From assembly GCA_018650285.1 (NCBI GenBank), contig JABIGF010000019.1, positions 3,086-67,085 on the forward strand: 64,000 nucleotides of DNA, read 5' to 3'. The notes under the pieces were generated by a model. It was not told the DNA's origin, ran no database searches, and was given only the letters and a program-made list of their open reading frames with translations. Position numbers and translations under genes: made by a program. Shown here piece by piece: positions 48,101-58,426 of this stretch. The stretch is from Methanobacteriota archaeon. Its GTDB lineage: Archaea > Thermoplasmatota > Poseidoniia > Poseidoniales > Thalassarchaeaceae. The first letter of the stretch is position 1. Each line of letters starts with the position of its first letter.

Positions 48101-50863
48101 GATATTTGTCAAACCATCACTATCCGCGTCTTCATTTGCATCAGAAGGGTCACGTGGGTCAAGAGACCATTCGTTTCCACCATGGAAACTCGTGCCTATC
48201 CAACGACGGTTTTCAATTTCCCAACCATCTGGCATACCATCGCCATCAGAATCAGAGTTTGTCGGGTCAGTCGTACGGTCAGTTCCGCCACTAGCTTGAG
48301 TACCGGGATACCCTACAGCATAGACTTGAGCGGCCGCTTCGCCTTCTGCTTGGTCACATACATACTGACCTATTTCGTAATGACAAGTGAAATTCGTTTG
48401 GTCGTAAAACCAACCCCAATACTCAGAGCCATCAAGCAAACCATCGCCATCTGTATCAGATAATCTTGGGTCAGTACCATTCCACCCTTCTGGTGTGCTT
48501 GCGATGTAACGGTATTCGTCAAGATTGGTCCAGTTATGGTCAATCAAATTGTCTTCGTATGGATTTAGATTGATTCCGTCAACATCCAAATCTTCGTCGC
48601 GGTCAAATGGGTCTGTTGGGTCTAAGCCATGAGCATTTTCCCAACCATCAGGCATACCATCCAAATCTGAATCATTAGAAAATGGATTGATTAGCATCCT
48701 GTTAGAATAGCGACCAGGGTGTAATCCAGCAAAGATAGTGTCATTCCCATTAACATCCATGACTACAAGTTCAGTAACAAAACCAGGAATGCGTGTATCT
48801 TGGCTATTTACCCCAAGAGCGCGTGCATGGTCACCATCAAGAGACCATGTGCCAAACCTAGAACCAATGAGCACCTCATCACCAAGTGGCAATATTGCAT
48901 GGACATCATTTGCACCTTCAATATCAAAGTCATTGTTTTGCATACGGTCACGGGAGAAAGCAATTGCCGGGTCGTCCTCATCTAATAGCGAGAATTGATG
49001 GACTCCGCCACCAGTTCCAACCCAAAGTGTCTGAGTGCTAGAAAGACTACCGTCTGGTTGTCTAGGGCCATCCAACACTAAAGTTCTAACATTAGCTGAA
49101 TGAGAAATATTCTGAGCATTTGCTTGACGAACAAAATCCTCGGCATCGGTCTGATTGAAAATCCACACGACTGGAAAATCACCATTCGCATCCTCTGTGC
49201 TTGCAACAAAGAATCCTTTATCTGTTCCAACGTAGAGTTTCTTTAATCCACCATTGACTGATGTGTGCGCTACTGCCTGAACGGTAGCGTTCTCCATGCT
49301 GAGTGCCTCATTCAGAGTTTCTGCAACCTTGAAATTAGTAATTTGACTAGAGCCATCAATTGTCATCGTCCACGCTTGAGAACCTTCTCCAGATGCCAAC
49401 AAGTCAAGATTACCTGAACCAGTATCAAGTTGGTATAATCCAGTTACGGCCCCCATCTCAACTCCAGTTATTCCAGCGAGTTCATTACGGAAACCATTTC
49501 CATCTAAAGTCCAAACTTCAACACCATCATTGGTTGCTAACACAAGCCGCTGCTCCCCACCTTGGTCGGCCCAGAGAATCATATCGTTCAATTCGCCACC
49601 TGGCGGCAAAGCCAAATCCCAACTACCACCAGTATTAGGTTCGAATATTGAGACGCCGCGCTTTGTGCCAACGTATAGTAAGCCAAGGATATCATCTGCT
49701 TGCAAAGAACGAACATCGTGATGCATGATGTGTGGTGTCGTACCTTGGTCATACATAGAAACCGGAGCACCAGATTGACCTAGAAGGGTTGACTTCATTC
49801 CGGCTCTCACCCACGTCCCATTATCGATATAGGTGTAATATTCTTCTAAATTTGAATATGCTTCACCAAGATATATCGTTGCTCTTGAACCATCTGGCAT
49901 TATCATTCCATCGCGATTCAAGTCCCAGCCATCAACATCACTGTCAAGTAAACTATCAGATTCATTCAATGGATCTAAGCCGAAGAAAACTTCCCATCCA
50001 TCTAGAATAGCATCGCCACGTGAACTCTTTGCCAACTCACGGCTTCCAGACCAATAGTAATAATCACTATCATTTCGAAGAGGGTCAGTACCAAGCCAAC
50101 CTGATGAGCCTGTCGGACGAGAAACATTTTCTGCACAAGCATCCATTAAGTCAAGACAGCGCAATCCGTGAATTTCAGTAGTCCAATTATCTGGGGCTGC
50201 GTAATTATATTCCTCTGCATTTGTATACCATTCATGGACTTCTATTATTCCATCACGGTCAACGTCAAATCCATCACCACAACCGAGTTCACCATCCCAA
50301 CAACGGTCTGAATCATTGAAACCGTCATTTGCATTCAAGGGGTCGAAATCGTCACACTCCCAAGCCATAGATTCATTTTTGGAACCCGTCTCCCTCATAC
50401 ACATCCAAATTTCATATCCATCAGGTAATCCGTCACCGTCAGTATCACTTAGACGAGGGTCAAGGAACTCTCGCATTCCTGACTCCGTCATTTCTGGAGG
50501 AACTCCAGTGAGTGACTTACGATCTGTGAAACAATGTTCCAAATCATATGGCCAACAATACTCTTCTAAGGAATTGAGCCCGTCCTTATCAAAATCAGAT
50601 TCATTATCGGATGCATTTTCATAATCTAAACCATTGATAGTGTAAATTACTTCATCCAATGTGATGTTTCTTGCAATACCAAACATCTGCTCGTGCAGGT
50701 CAGGAATCATGTCCTTGTCAGTATCTGTAATTGGTGGACCTTCACCTGTTGTATCATCAGGGTGAACTGAATCCACATTTGATGCCGGCCTTGTCATTGA
50801 GACAAAGGCAAGGCTTCCAATCAATAGTAAAGTGATGAAGAGAACTGTCTGTTTTCTGCGCAT
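45131..50863 (-). CDS. Giant Ca-binding DxDxDG (TSP3-like) repeat surface protein with a beta-propeller-like segment
   Basis: Many D(S/T)DxDG(M/L)PDG(W/Y)E and DxDxDG..N.EE repeats; LYVGT/LWVGT blades; N-terminal signal anchor. Confidence 0.85.
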   Translation of the reverse strand: MRRKQTVLFITLLLIGSLAFVSMTRPASNVDSVHPDDTTGEGPPITDTDKDMIPDLHEQMFGIARNITLDEVIYTINGLDYENASDNESDFDKDGLNSLEEYCWPYDLEHCFTDRKSLTGVPPEMTESGMREFLDPRLSDTDGDGLPDGYEIWMCMRETGSKNESMAWECDDFDPLNANDGFNDSDRCWDGELGCGDGFDVDRDGIIEVHEWYTNAEEYNYAAPDNWTTEIHGLRCLDLMDACAENVSRPTGSSGWLGTDPLRNDSDYYYWSGSRELAKSSRGDAILDGWEVFFGLDPLNESDSLLDSDVDGWDLNRDGMIMPDGSRATIYLGEAYSNLEEYYTYIDNGTWVRAGMKSTLLGQSGAPVSMYDQGTTPHIMHHDVRSLQADDILGLLYVGTKRGVSIFEPNTGGSWDLALPPGGELNDMILWADQGGEQRLVLATNDGVEVWTLDGNGFRNELAGITGVEMGAVTGLYQLDTGSGNLDLLASGEGSQAWTMTIDGSSQITNFKVAETLNEALSMENATVQAVAHTSVNGGLKKLYVGTDKGFFVASTEDANGDFPVVWIFNQTDAEDFVRQANAQNISHSANVRTLVLDGPRQPDGSLSSTQTLWVGTGGGVHQFSLLDEDDPAIAFSRDRMQNNDFDIEGANDVHAILPLGDEVLIGSRFGTWSLDGDHARALGVNSQDTRIPGFVTELVVMDVNGNDTIFAGLHPGRYSNRMLINPFSNDSDLDGMPDGWENAHGLDPTDPFDRDEDLDVDGINLNPYEDNLIDHNWTNLDEYRYIASTPEGWNGTDPRLSDTDGDGLLDGSEYWGWFYDQTNFTCHYEIGQYVCDQAEGEAAAQVYAVGYPGTQASGGTDRTTDPTNSDSDGDGMPDGWEIENRRWIGTSFHGGNEWSLDPRDPSDANEDADSDGLTNICEYQWELLLQAALEDGLPAFGESAEAAADWHKIDPNNPDSDGDSLPDGWESRYSCTWSITNVGINPLNGSDAFSNPDGDGYDANLDGILQPEEEFNNWMEYHIRDDQILGNITENGVELPAGFSTSLWNDTWVSSASRPFGETASAVTLASVPGMPLTDQGSANPLLADTDGDGMPDGWEVWFARWDTFDSEWTLNPVNESDIFNDPDGDGMTNWEEYNSIDATITETDVNQTSPQYHPFKLGNVLILTPWNLAVGTSSFGTYVTPEQYALSGPTCDPNNGDSDGDGLLDGIELLFTQWNSTFQNWSLNPLVAGDGGGDGDQDALTDRQELNLTYENPLNGGLAPPDAPKMWEEAYALEPQNFTSRMQSILDNKLGRAYLALEQHSEWVTTGISRPLLSTLIGITDPTNNDTDDDGMIDGYEYWFTEWDLDENRWSMNPLTQSDIDADSDDDSYDCNEDGVIQMSERYTNLREYEARIYGKESLRYMFPPGVGLVDFGDDAINAQMSENSLTWEESRQVVVNIFSSKDVTSTERLARINTAWADNFNISLLGISDPTHPDSDMDGLPDGWEFCYGVYDEVMPVNEYRWTLNPVNPLDAHYDPDLDGWFDRTIGDTPAEQGRWESHSFTPGSIDDQYAPGNSPLFFTNWMEYDNGTRPDLNDTDADAVNMIRVANGVDPMLTDDYYRNWALTDGREVLKYGSSPVDNDTDWDMLPDWYEFQFGWNETNDNWSSYQQIEVVWEQYSIIGNIAMRPLHANGTLLERPLLNWTWVTFDPTDPADALQDPDKDGNWDCSNVGCTYIPYNNFQEFFGLTNQSITSAMLARATPVTIAGSDPPIQIVAQEWWELQTALLAKGRSNEYDWNYFRMFRINQMSDQLYALVVDDHDVDYLTINGADDTPMVKGDWTADWDRVFGDQYHLPNTGLGENVYGWWLLDYNGDMIADGTNPLDWDTDGDWLNDWFEIENDMLDGIRGNGPSPIRYDDRTTNSG

Positions 50864-51166
50864 AGGTATCACCCACAGCATACGCTGCTATTGTAACAAC
50901 CCTACGGGTTGCCTTATGATGCTGATGGAGCACAGTTCATACAGGCAAAATTGAATATATTCCGATTTGGTGAAAAAATAATGAAATGGACCTAAATAAT
51001 AAACTAACTTTGATGCTGAGTAAAAAGAATGGTGAACAGCAGACAGCGAGACCGTTTTTCAACAAAATTTACTATTTCGAATAATTTCAAAGCAGAGTAA
51101 AATGGGCTTTTCTTTGTTGTACCGAGGGTGAGTTTCAAGGGGTGACCGCGCTCCGCTCAAAATTAG

Positions 51167-51967
51167 ATGACGCTCTCTATCACTCATCTCGGCACAGGCT
51201 CCAAAGGAAATGCCACACTCCTAGCCACCGATGAGACAAAAATTCTGTTAGATTGTGGTTTCTCAGGGCGCCAGTTAGAGAAGCGTCTCGCCCTCTTAGA
51301 AATATGTCCTAGCGAGATTGATGCCATCCTCATCAGCCACCACCATTCAGACCATTCTAAAGGTGCGACGATCGCCCAGAGGAGATGGGATATTCCAGTA
51401 TTTGCCAATTTTGAGACTTGTGCACGTATGGGAATGGACCCAGTCAATGAGTGCAAATTATTTGAGTCGTTAGAGCGAATTAATTTAGGAGGAGATTTGA
51501 GTATATTACCTGTCTCCGTCAATCATGATAGGTCGGACAATGTTGGATTCATTGCAAGCCACCGTGGAGAGCGTGCTGCGGTTGTTACAGACCTAGGCTC
51601 ATGGAACGATGAATTAATTCGATATATGTCTGATTGTGTGCACATTTCTATTGAAGCAAATTACGACTCTGAACGCTTGTGGGAGGGGCCCTATCCTAGC
51701 CAATTAAAACAACGTATTTCTGGGCGCGGGGGTCACTTGTCAAACCGCCAGACTGCGGAGTTGTTAGCAAATGTCGTAGGCAGCCATACTAGAAGCATTG
51801 TACTAACTCATTTGAGTGAACAAAATAACGCCCCGCATATGGCTGAAAGTGAAGTACTATTGGAGATAGATGATTTGTTCTCTGGAGACCTTTCAATCAG
51901 CACCCAAGAGGGGCCTGATTTTTCACACTATCTCGGGCAATCTGAATCAGAAAAAATAGTGATTTGA
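51167..51967 (+). CDS. MBL-fold metallo-hydrolase (YycJ/WalJ-like)
   Basis: GSKGNAT, LLDCG, SHHHSDH, TDLG, IEANYD, GHLSN, THLSEQNN. Confidence 0.9.
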   Translation: MTLSITHLGTGSKGNATLLATDETKILLDCGFSGRQLEKRLALLEICPSEIDAILISHHHSDHSKGATIAQRRWDIPVFANFETCARMGMDPVNECKLFESLERINLGGDLSILPVSVNHDRSDNVGFIASHRGERAAVVTDLGSWNDELIRYMSDCVHISIEANYDSERLWEGPYPSQLKQRISGRGGHLSNRQTAELLANVVGSHTRSIVLTHLSEQNNAPHMAESEVLLEIDDLFSGDLSISTQEGPDFSHYLGQSESEKIVI

Positions 51968-52122
51968 TTCCGCTAAAATTTTTGCTTTTTAGCCCAATAA
52001 TTGCGAGTGGTGCGATTTCAATCTGAGTTAAGGAATCTGGAAGAACTGAATTTGAGGAAATATCGCCGTAGGCGATGGTTACCTCGGCGAAGTCATAAGA
52101 ACACAAAGGACTAGTCGCCTCT

Positions 52123-53142
52123 ATGAGGCGAACTCGTGGCCACGCTGAAAACGCGGTCAGCGAAATCCTCGGAGTGACCATGCTTTTGGCAATGGTCGTC
52201 ACTGTCATAGGCGGTGTTTTCGTCCTTCTTGGCCCATTTATGGACGATATCAGCGACAATCGAGAATGGTCTTCAGGCTCAGTTGCTGCTACTCAACTAA
52301 ATGACCGAATATTAATTGCAGCCCAAACACCAGAGGGGAGTGGGCTTGTTCAACAAAACGCCCAAATTTCTCGCTCCATGGACTCTTTAAGAGATGCAGA
52401 AATATGGCAAGTCCAAGCCGATTTGAATGGTTTCGACCGAACCATTGTCAGCCTCTACGGCGATTCGTTGATAGTTTCAAGCCTCAACCGTACCGCTTCT
52501 ATCGTTCATCTTTCAGATGCTAATTCAAACCAAACATTGAGCCTAACAAACGGCTCGGGCAACTTTACAATTTCAGGATTATCTGGAAACATTTTCATAG
52601 ACATAGAAGATATTCACGGCGCTATTTCACATCGTTTTGTGGAAGTTTCTCTTGACGGGATTCGAATGAAGAATATTATGACAGACGGAGATTATTCTGT
52701 TGATCTTATCAATGGTGGAAGAATTGAAAAATTACCAAAACAACCTGTGGCAGTAAAACAATTCCCACGCCTAAACACCGACCTTCTGCTTGATGGGACC
52801 CCTAGAGTTTCACTTATCCTACTTGACTTGGATATCTCCTCCACAGCAAGCCGGCACATGACCAATGTCCACATTGATTCCAACGGCCAACAGACTCTTT
52901 TCAATGAAGAAGCACGAAATCTAATTATTGATGTCGAAATCGCAGGAGACCCATCAATCTCGCCACAATATGCGCACCACTGGACAGGAGATTACAATCT
53001 CTTTTTGACAGGTGATTCTGTTGAAGATTACCATGGATTTGGACCGTATGGACGCCTTTCAGGACTTGATGGAATGACACTATATCCTACTGACCCTCCA
53101 TTCGAACTTCTAGTTAGTTTACAATCGGTGGTGATATACTGA
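52123..53142 (+). CDS. Archaeal type IV pilin-like protein
   Basis: Class III signal peptide ...ENA|VSEILGVTMLLAMVVTVIG. Confidence 0.75.
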   Translation: MRRTRGHAENAVSEILGVTMLLAMVVTVIGGVFVLLGPFMDDISDNREWSSGSVAATQLNDRILIAAQTPEGSGLVQQNAQISRSMDSLRDAEIWQVQADLNGFDRTIVSLYGDSLIVSSLNRTASIVHLSDANSNQTLSLTNGSGNFTISGLSGNIFIDIEDIHGAISHRFVEVSLDGIRMKNIMTDGDYSVDLINGGRIEKLPKQPVAVKQFPRLNTDLLLDGTPRVSLILLDLDISSTASRHMTNVHIDSNGQQTLFNEEARNLIIDVEIAGDPSISPQYAHHWTGDYNLFLTGDSVEDYHGFGPYGRLSGLDGMTLYPTDPPFELLVSLQSVVIY

Positions 53143-55352
53143 TGCGCCGACGATTTGATGATGATGCTGTTTCAGCAGCAATCGCAACGGTCCTCCTCTT
53201 TGCTGGAGTCTTAGCCATCATTTCGGGGATGATGGTAACTATCACTCCGGTCATTAATGAAAAACATGGTTCAATTGAACGTCAAGCAATGGCTGGGCAG
53301 ATGGCTGATTTAGCAGAAGAGACTGTTCGCATCTCAGAAACTGGGCTCCCAGGTGATTCCGCCACCATGCAAATTCGCCCACATAGTGGCGAATTAGGTT
53401 GGGACTTTACCCGTGGAGGGACTTGGTATTCTGTCTCATTCACCGAAGAGGGGAGTTTCCGCCTTGATGATTTGCTTGATTTAGATGACCTTACTAGAAT
53501 TAGATACCCAGATAGTGAAGTTTCAGCAGCGTGCTTCTCCGACCTACGTGCTAGCGAAGAATCTCTCTGGAACTACCGACTCCCATCCCTTAGTGGCACT
53601 GTTATTGCAACACCTGTAACCACCCTACAACAACCACTTTACACAACTAGTGTAACCTTGACTAGTGATGGCGACTCTACGCCATTCACTCTAACACCTG
53701 GTATGTCAATGGCTAGTACAACAAATGGAGATAGTTGGCTAACTTCAGACGGGCCTCTCAAAGTTCTCTTCTTGCGCGGTACCGCCGGCGCAACAATGGT
53801 TGAACCGGATATCAATAATCCTACAGATGGCAAAGGTCGAGCTTGGACGATCCCATTGCCGACAGGAGATGTTAGCCTCCATCTAGTCACATCAGGATTA
53901 GCAACTGTTAGTTGGGATTCTATTTCTGCATCGGGCACAGAGAGCACCAGTGATGATTCTTCTTGGAATCTTGATTTCACTGCTACTGCAGGAGATGTAA
54001 TGTCTGTACAATCAAGCGCCCCTGCTCATCTGATGATGACGTGGGGTTCAGGAGCAGGGGCAACTGTTTGGCCTGATGATGGAGGTAGTGGAATTGGTGT
54101 CAGCCATACTCTACCTGCGGCGGCAGGAAGTTTACTAATTGAAAATGCAGCAACATCTTCAGTTGCTGTCCAAGTTGATGGGCTTTTCAATACCGTCCCG
54201 GCTCAAGGTTCGACTAGAATTTCTTGGCCGGCTCAATCCAAACAGGTTGTATCCACTGGCCCAGTAACAATTCATTGGCTTTCAGAAGATACCAGCAACC
54301 GTCACCGTACTGGCTCACTAGAAATGATTCCAGCACTTGACACCGGCCGTTCAAGTGGACTTGCATACTCGTATGCTACACCGACATCTGCAGGAGATGA
54401 ATTAGTTCTAATTCAGCCCGCAAGCCCCGAAACATCACTGACAATACTAGGAGACCTTAGTGGCAATCAATCAGCCCAAGTCGTATTCAATGCAACAAGC
54501 CAAAACCATATAGCAACGCTTTCTTCAACTGCATCTAGTCTAGTAAGAACGGCAATCAACAGTACTGATTTCCTTGAAGATGCACCTTACCGCATCATCT
54601 CAGTCGCAGGAGATGATGGGATGATGGAAATCCGCCATGATGGGAATGAAAGATGCGTCCCTATTGGCTACCGCGCCTCAGGCTGGATTGAAATCACACT
54701 CCCGTGGAAAGATATGTCACAATCATCTGATGTGAATATCATGCTTGCATGGATTGATGGCACCCACCCACTCGGGATTGAAGTCTCACTATACGGCCCC
54801 GGAGAAGGTGCCCCTCACGACACACTTGCCTCCGCATGGGGTGCACATCTACCGCGATTGAACTACCGTTTTGAAAGTTCAATATCAGGTATGGAGATAG
54901 GATACCGAGGGGGATTTGTTGGCACCAACCACCCAGAGTATCAAGCAGATGTCCTCACCTTACCACCAGCGCGTGAGGGACCAGGCCCAAGATTAGCCGT
55001 AACAATACCTCTGACAATGCCTGACGGGAGTTCATCCCTAGGAAATAGCGGGGTTGACATGACTGTTGAATTGAACCAGCGTGAACAATTAGTATCTATA
55101 CAAGCACACGAAATTCGTCGCGGTTGGGATGGGCCATATGGTGCTGCAATTGCTGCTGAATCGTCTCAAGAATTAGCATTCAGTGCTGACTGGTTGACTT
55201 TCCCCGGCCGTATTGACTTGTTAGACGATTATGTCGGCTGGGTTCAATTGACTCATTCTAGCCCAGAGGCGGTATACCACGCCTCGGGAGAGCCGATAAT
55301 GTTCAACTTGCAATTGAGTCAATTGACAATCGTAACGGAGATCGTTTCATGA
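53142..55352 (+). CDS. Large pilin-like/adhesin protein
   Basis: MRRRFDDDA|VSAAIATVLLFAGVL class III-like signal; TGATG overlap. Confidence 0.7.
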   Translation: MRRRFDDDAVSAAIATVLLFAGVLAIISGMMVTITPVINEKHGSIERQAMAGQMADLAEETVRISETGLPGDSATMQIRPHSGELGWDFTRGGTWYSVSFTEEGSFRLDDLLDLDDLTRIRYPDSEVSAACFSDLRASEESLWNYRLPSLSGTVIATPVTTLQQPLYTTSVTLTSDGDSTPFTLTPGMSMASTTNGDSWLTSDGPLKVLFLRGTAGATMVEPDINNPTDGKGRAWTIPLPTGDVSLHLVTSGLATVSWDSISASGTESTSDDSSWNLDFTATAGDVMSVQSSAPAHLMMTWGSGAGATVWPDDGGSGIGVSHTLPAAAGSLLIENAATSSVAVQVDGLFNTVPAQGSTRISWPAQSKQVVSTGPVTIHWLSEDTSNRHRTGSLEMIPALDTGRSSGLAYSYATPTSAGDELVLIQPASPETSLTILGDLSGNQSAQVVFNATSQNHIATLSSTASSLVRTAINSTDFLEDAPYRIISVAGDDGMMEIRHDGNERCVPIGYRASGWIEITLPWKDMSQSSDVNIMLAWIDGTHPLGIEVSLYGPGEGAPHDTLASAWGAHLPRLNYRFESSISGMEIGYRGGFVGTNHPEYQADVLTLPPAREGPGPRLAVTIPLTMPDGSSSLGNSGVDMTVELNQREQLVSIQAHEIRRGWDGPYGAAIAAESSQELAFSADWLTFPGRIDLLDDYVGWVQLTHSSPEAVYHASGEPIMFNLQLSQLTIVTEIVS

Positions 55353-55825
55353 AACGCGAAAGAGAATTTCTTCGTGACACTGTTGCAGCGGCAACAGAAA
55401 TTGGATATGTGCTAACTTTCCTTCTTGGTTTGTCATTTATGTCATTTTTCAGCGTTTGGACTTGGGAAATGCAGGATTCCCGTGGTGATGTTTGGATGGA
55501 GCAAGCGATGGAAGAGAACCTAGATTCTGTCGCAGCAGCAGTTGAAAGAGCAGATATGGCAAGTCGCCTTGATGGCAATATCACATATGCTGAACCAGTT
55601 GAATTGCTATTGTCAACCGCTGTAAATTTAGAATTCAAAATGTTACTAACCGATAGTGGAATCACTATGCAAGATAAAGGCCTAACAATGGTATCTACTA
55701 GAGATATTTCTGCTGCAGGAACTGCAGGGCATTCAGGAGAAATTGAATTGGCTGGAATAGAACAGGTTTGGGTAGTTCTGCAAAACGGAGTAATCACCCT
55801 AACTACTAGCCAACCAGGCGTCTGA
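55349..55825 (+). CDS. Minor pilin-like protein
   Basis: FLRDTVA|AATEIGYVLTFLLG; ATGA overlap. Confidence 0.6.
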   Translation: MKREREFLRDTVAAATEIGYVLTFLLGLSFMSFFSVWTWEMQDSRGDVWMEQAMEENLDSVAAAVERADMASRLDGNITYAEPVELLLSTAVNLEFKMLLTDSGITMQDKGLTMVSTRDISAAGTAGHSGEIELAGIEQVWVVLQNGVITLTTSQPGV

Positions 55826-55839
55826 TTCTCAAAGAGAAA

Positions 55840-58359
55840 TCATCCCATGAGGGCGCGATGAACTTTAGCCTGAATATCTCGCATTCTATCATTTGCTCCC
55901 AGTTCTCTAAACACTGTGAGAGAGCGTTGCAAATATTCCATGCGGCGGCTCTTATCTGGTGCCGCCTCTCCAAGACGAGCAAGCAATTCACCAATCAACA
56001 TCCTGTAATCATGAGATTCTGCCAATGAGAGAGCATCACGATAGCATTCCATTGCTTCTTCACGCCGCCCAGAATCAACCAAAACCTCACCCAATAGTAG
56101 AGTAATTTCCACTTCTGCATGGTGGTCAGTTTCCTCTGATAATCCTTCAAGAGCACCGGTGTAATGGTGCAATGCAAGTTCTGGGTCACCAGTTTTTGAA
56201 TAGTATCGACCTAACACACCTCTTGCCCGAGCGTGAAGAGCAGCATTCCCGCCCTCGGTGGTTACGTCATGGGCTAGGAAAGCATGTTCCTTAGCTCGGT
56301 CATTCTCACCCATTTCTAAAAAGGCAGATGCCAATTTAATACGTGATTCTACCAACTCAGGGTTATCTTCAGATTCCAGCAATTGTTCAACATTTGCATA
56401 GACTTCAAGTGCTCTTTTGTCATCTCTTTGCCTACGGTAAATGTACCCCATGTTGTTGTATGTTCTTGCCGCCCCTTTCGGGTCATTTAGTTTGATGAAT
56501 GATTCAAGCGCTTCTTTGTGAAGGGTAAGTGCTTCATCGGCTTTGCCGATAGTAACGGAAATATCCGCAAGACTAGATTTAATACGCGCACGCATTAATT
56601 CTTCTTTTTTGCTTGAGCCAAGCATATCAATCGCTTCTTTGTAATTTGATTCTGCTCCAGCCCAATTACCCTGCATTGTGAGGATATTTGCCAACAATTC
56701 TAGAATAACTGTCCACGCTTTGTCACCAACATCTTCTCTCTCAACAGCATCAAGAATTGAAAACAGTTCCATGTGCCCTGCGCTAATTAGGTTGGCACCA
56801 GTAGTTGCTAGTTCATCCCCTAACTCTTTACTACCACCTGAATGTGATAGATGGAACAAAAATTCAACCTGTTCTTCGGGACGGTCTTTTCTTGTCCTAT
56901 ACCACTCAACTGCTCTAGCATGTAAGTCATGGTTTGTGGAAGTGTCAAGTGAACGTGTTAAAAATTCTCTAATCAAATCGTGTACATCATACATATCTGA
57001 GTCAGCCTGTCTTGCTAACCCTTTTTCGACTAAATCATCAAGTAAATTGGTTTCCAAGTCATGGCCACTTAATGCTTCAAGTGGCATCGGTTCACGGAAT
57101 ACTGCTAATGCGCCCAATAATCGCTTTTCAGAACCAGATAATTTACTGAAAATTTCTTTTTCAACATACATTTCAAGAGTTTCATAAAATGTCGTACCAA
57201 TTGAACCCCTGTTAATTAAATTTAGAACTAGTGGATGGCCCCTTGAAAGGCCGTAAATGTGCTGATAAGTGACTTCATCAACTGGCTCAAGAGAAGGTAA
57301 TAGGTTTCTACAAGCATCTCTATCTAATCCATCAAGTGGAACTACCAATGTAGTGATTTTTCCTTCCGCATCTTTTAGCGGAACTACAGACTTGAATGAA
57401 CGCGAAAAGAGAATAAGACCTGTTTGATCTAAATCATCCATTCTCTGCGTTAATCCTCGAATAACAGCATAGAGGATATCGTCAGCGACTTTATGTAAAT
57501 CGTCAATTACTATCAAAGTTGGAACATCTGTCAACGCATCAATAATCAAATCAACCGATAATTGAGGCGCCGGCACTGGAGTAGCTGCCAAATAATCAGA
57601 CAGAGAATCATGACCTATTGCCGCTAGCCATTCTCCGCAAGCCTCCAAAAAGGCTCTAGAGCCCTCCCAATCTTGAACACGATGATAGAGCAAATTTCTC
57701 TTGTGTGTATACGATTCAACCAACTTTCCGGCCAGCGCAGTCTTACCAATTCCAGCAATACCTGGGACAAGAATTGTTGTCGAACGTGCGTCTAGCAGGT
57801 CAATCATGGTCTTTAATTCGGTATCTCTCCCGAAAAAACTACGCAAGCGTGGTAAATCTTCTAGAGATGTCACCAATTGTTTCTCAACATGTTTGGATAA
57901 ATCCCTTTCAATTAATTCTGGATTTAAGGGGCGCAAATCAACTAGGCCGCTATCATCCATGTAACGAATGATATCAACTGAACGAATAGGGAACGGTGAA
58001 CTCTCTATCGCCTTTGATAGTGTAGTGTTTGTTGTAGTCCCATCTTGGCCAATTAGACGTAGTGGGTGGTCTGCTAACCTCTCCCATGTCTCTTCAGCAA
58101 CAATCATTCCAGAATCGGTAAGGAAGTATGCCTTTCTTTTTCTTGTCACACCTGTAACGTGAGTCTGCCTTTCTATCAGCAACCCTTGGTCCTTCAAGCC
58201 TGCAATTGCTCTAGGGACGTTACTGCGCGCTATGGCGACTGCATTTGCAATCCCCATCTGAGAAAGTGAAAAGGGTACTTCCACCTTACTAGAATAATCA
58301 CCAAAATCGCGCAAATGCAGCAAAATTCTCTCTTGCACACCTGGTTTTGCAACAACCAT
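55840..58359 (-). CDS. wHTH + STAND/NB-ARC-like ATPase + TPR regulator
   Basis: N-terminal HTH (SQMGIANAV..RSNVPRAI), FFGRDTEL, GIAGIGKT, IVIDDLH, GHPL, VHDLIR, C-terminal TPRs. Confidence 0.85.
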   Translation of the reverse strand: MVVAKPGVQERILLHLRDFGDYSSKVEVPFSLSQMGIANAVAIARSNVPRAIAGLKDQGLLIERQTHVTGVTRKRKAYFLTDSGMIVAEETWERLADHPLRLIGQDGTTTNTTLSKAIESSPFPIRSVDIIRYMDDSGLVDLRPLNPELIERDLSKHVEKQLVTSLEDLPRLRSFFGRDTELKTMIDLLDARSTTILVPGIAGIGKTALAGKLVESYTHKRNLLYHRVQDWEGSRAFLEACGEWLAAIGHDSLSDYLAATPVPAPQLSVDLIIDALTDVPTLIVIDDLHKVADDILYAVIRGLTQRMDDLDQTGLILFSRSFKSVVPLKDAEGKITTLVVPLDGLDRDACRNLLPSLEPVDEVTYQHIYGLSRGHPLVLNLINRGSIGTTFYETLEMYVEKEIFSKLSGSEKRLLGALAVFREPMPLEALSGHDLETNLLDDLVEKGLARQADSDMYDVHDLIREFLTRSLDTSTNHDLHARAVEWYRTRKDRPEEQVEFLFHLSHSGGSKELGDELATTGANLISAGHMELFSILDAVEREDVGDKAWTVILELLANILTMQGNWAGAESNYKEAIDMLGSSKKEELMRARIKSSLADISVTIGKADEALTLHKEALESFIKLNDPKGAARTYNNMGYIYRRQRDDKRALEVYANVEQLLESEDNPELVESRIKLASAFLEMGENDRAKEHAFLAHDVTTEGGNAALHARARGVLGRYYSKTGDPELALHHYTGALEGLSEETDHHAEVEITLLLGEVLVDSGRREEAMECYRDALSLAESHDYRMLIGELLARLGEAAPDKSRRMEYLQRSLTVFRELGANDRMRDIQAKVHRALMG

Positions 58360-58426
58360 TTACATTACCCCAATATCTCAATTTGTCCTCTAACCATTAA
58401 TAAGTTCAGTATTACTGATTCAATAA

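Noticed and set aside
45131-50863. Dispersed CCATC-rich repeats as a DNA repeat array
   Set aside because: They are explained by DxDxDG protein repeats with synonymous variation
11410-51140. TCAAG-like motif 27-40 nt upstream of several host start codons as a variant promoter
   Set aside because: Spacing and sequence are too variable to support by eye; it needs genome-wide motif discovery
50882-51166. AT-rich intergenic region with CAACCC-TAC-GGGTTG hairpin as an origin or ncRNA
   Set aside because: No ORB repeats or orc1/cdc6 gene nearby; consistent with divergent promoters
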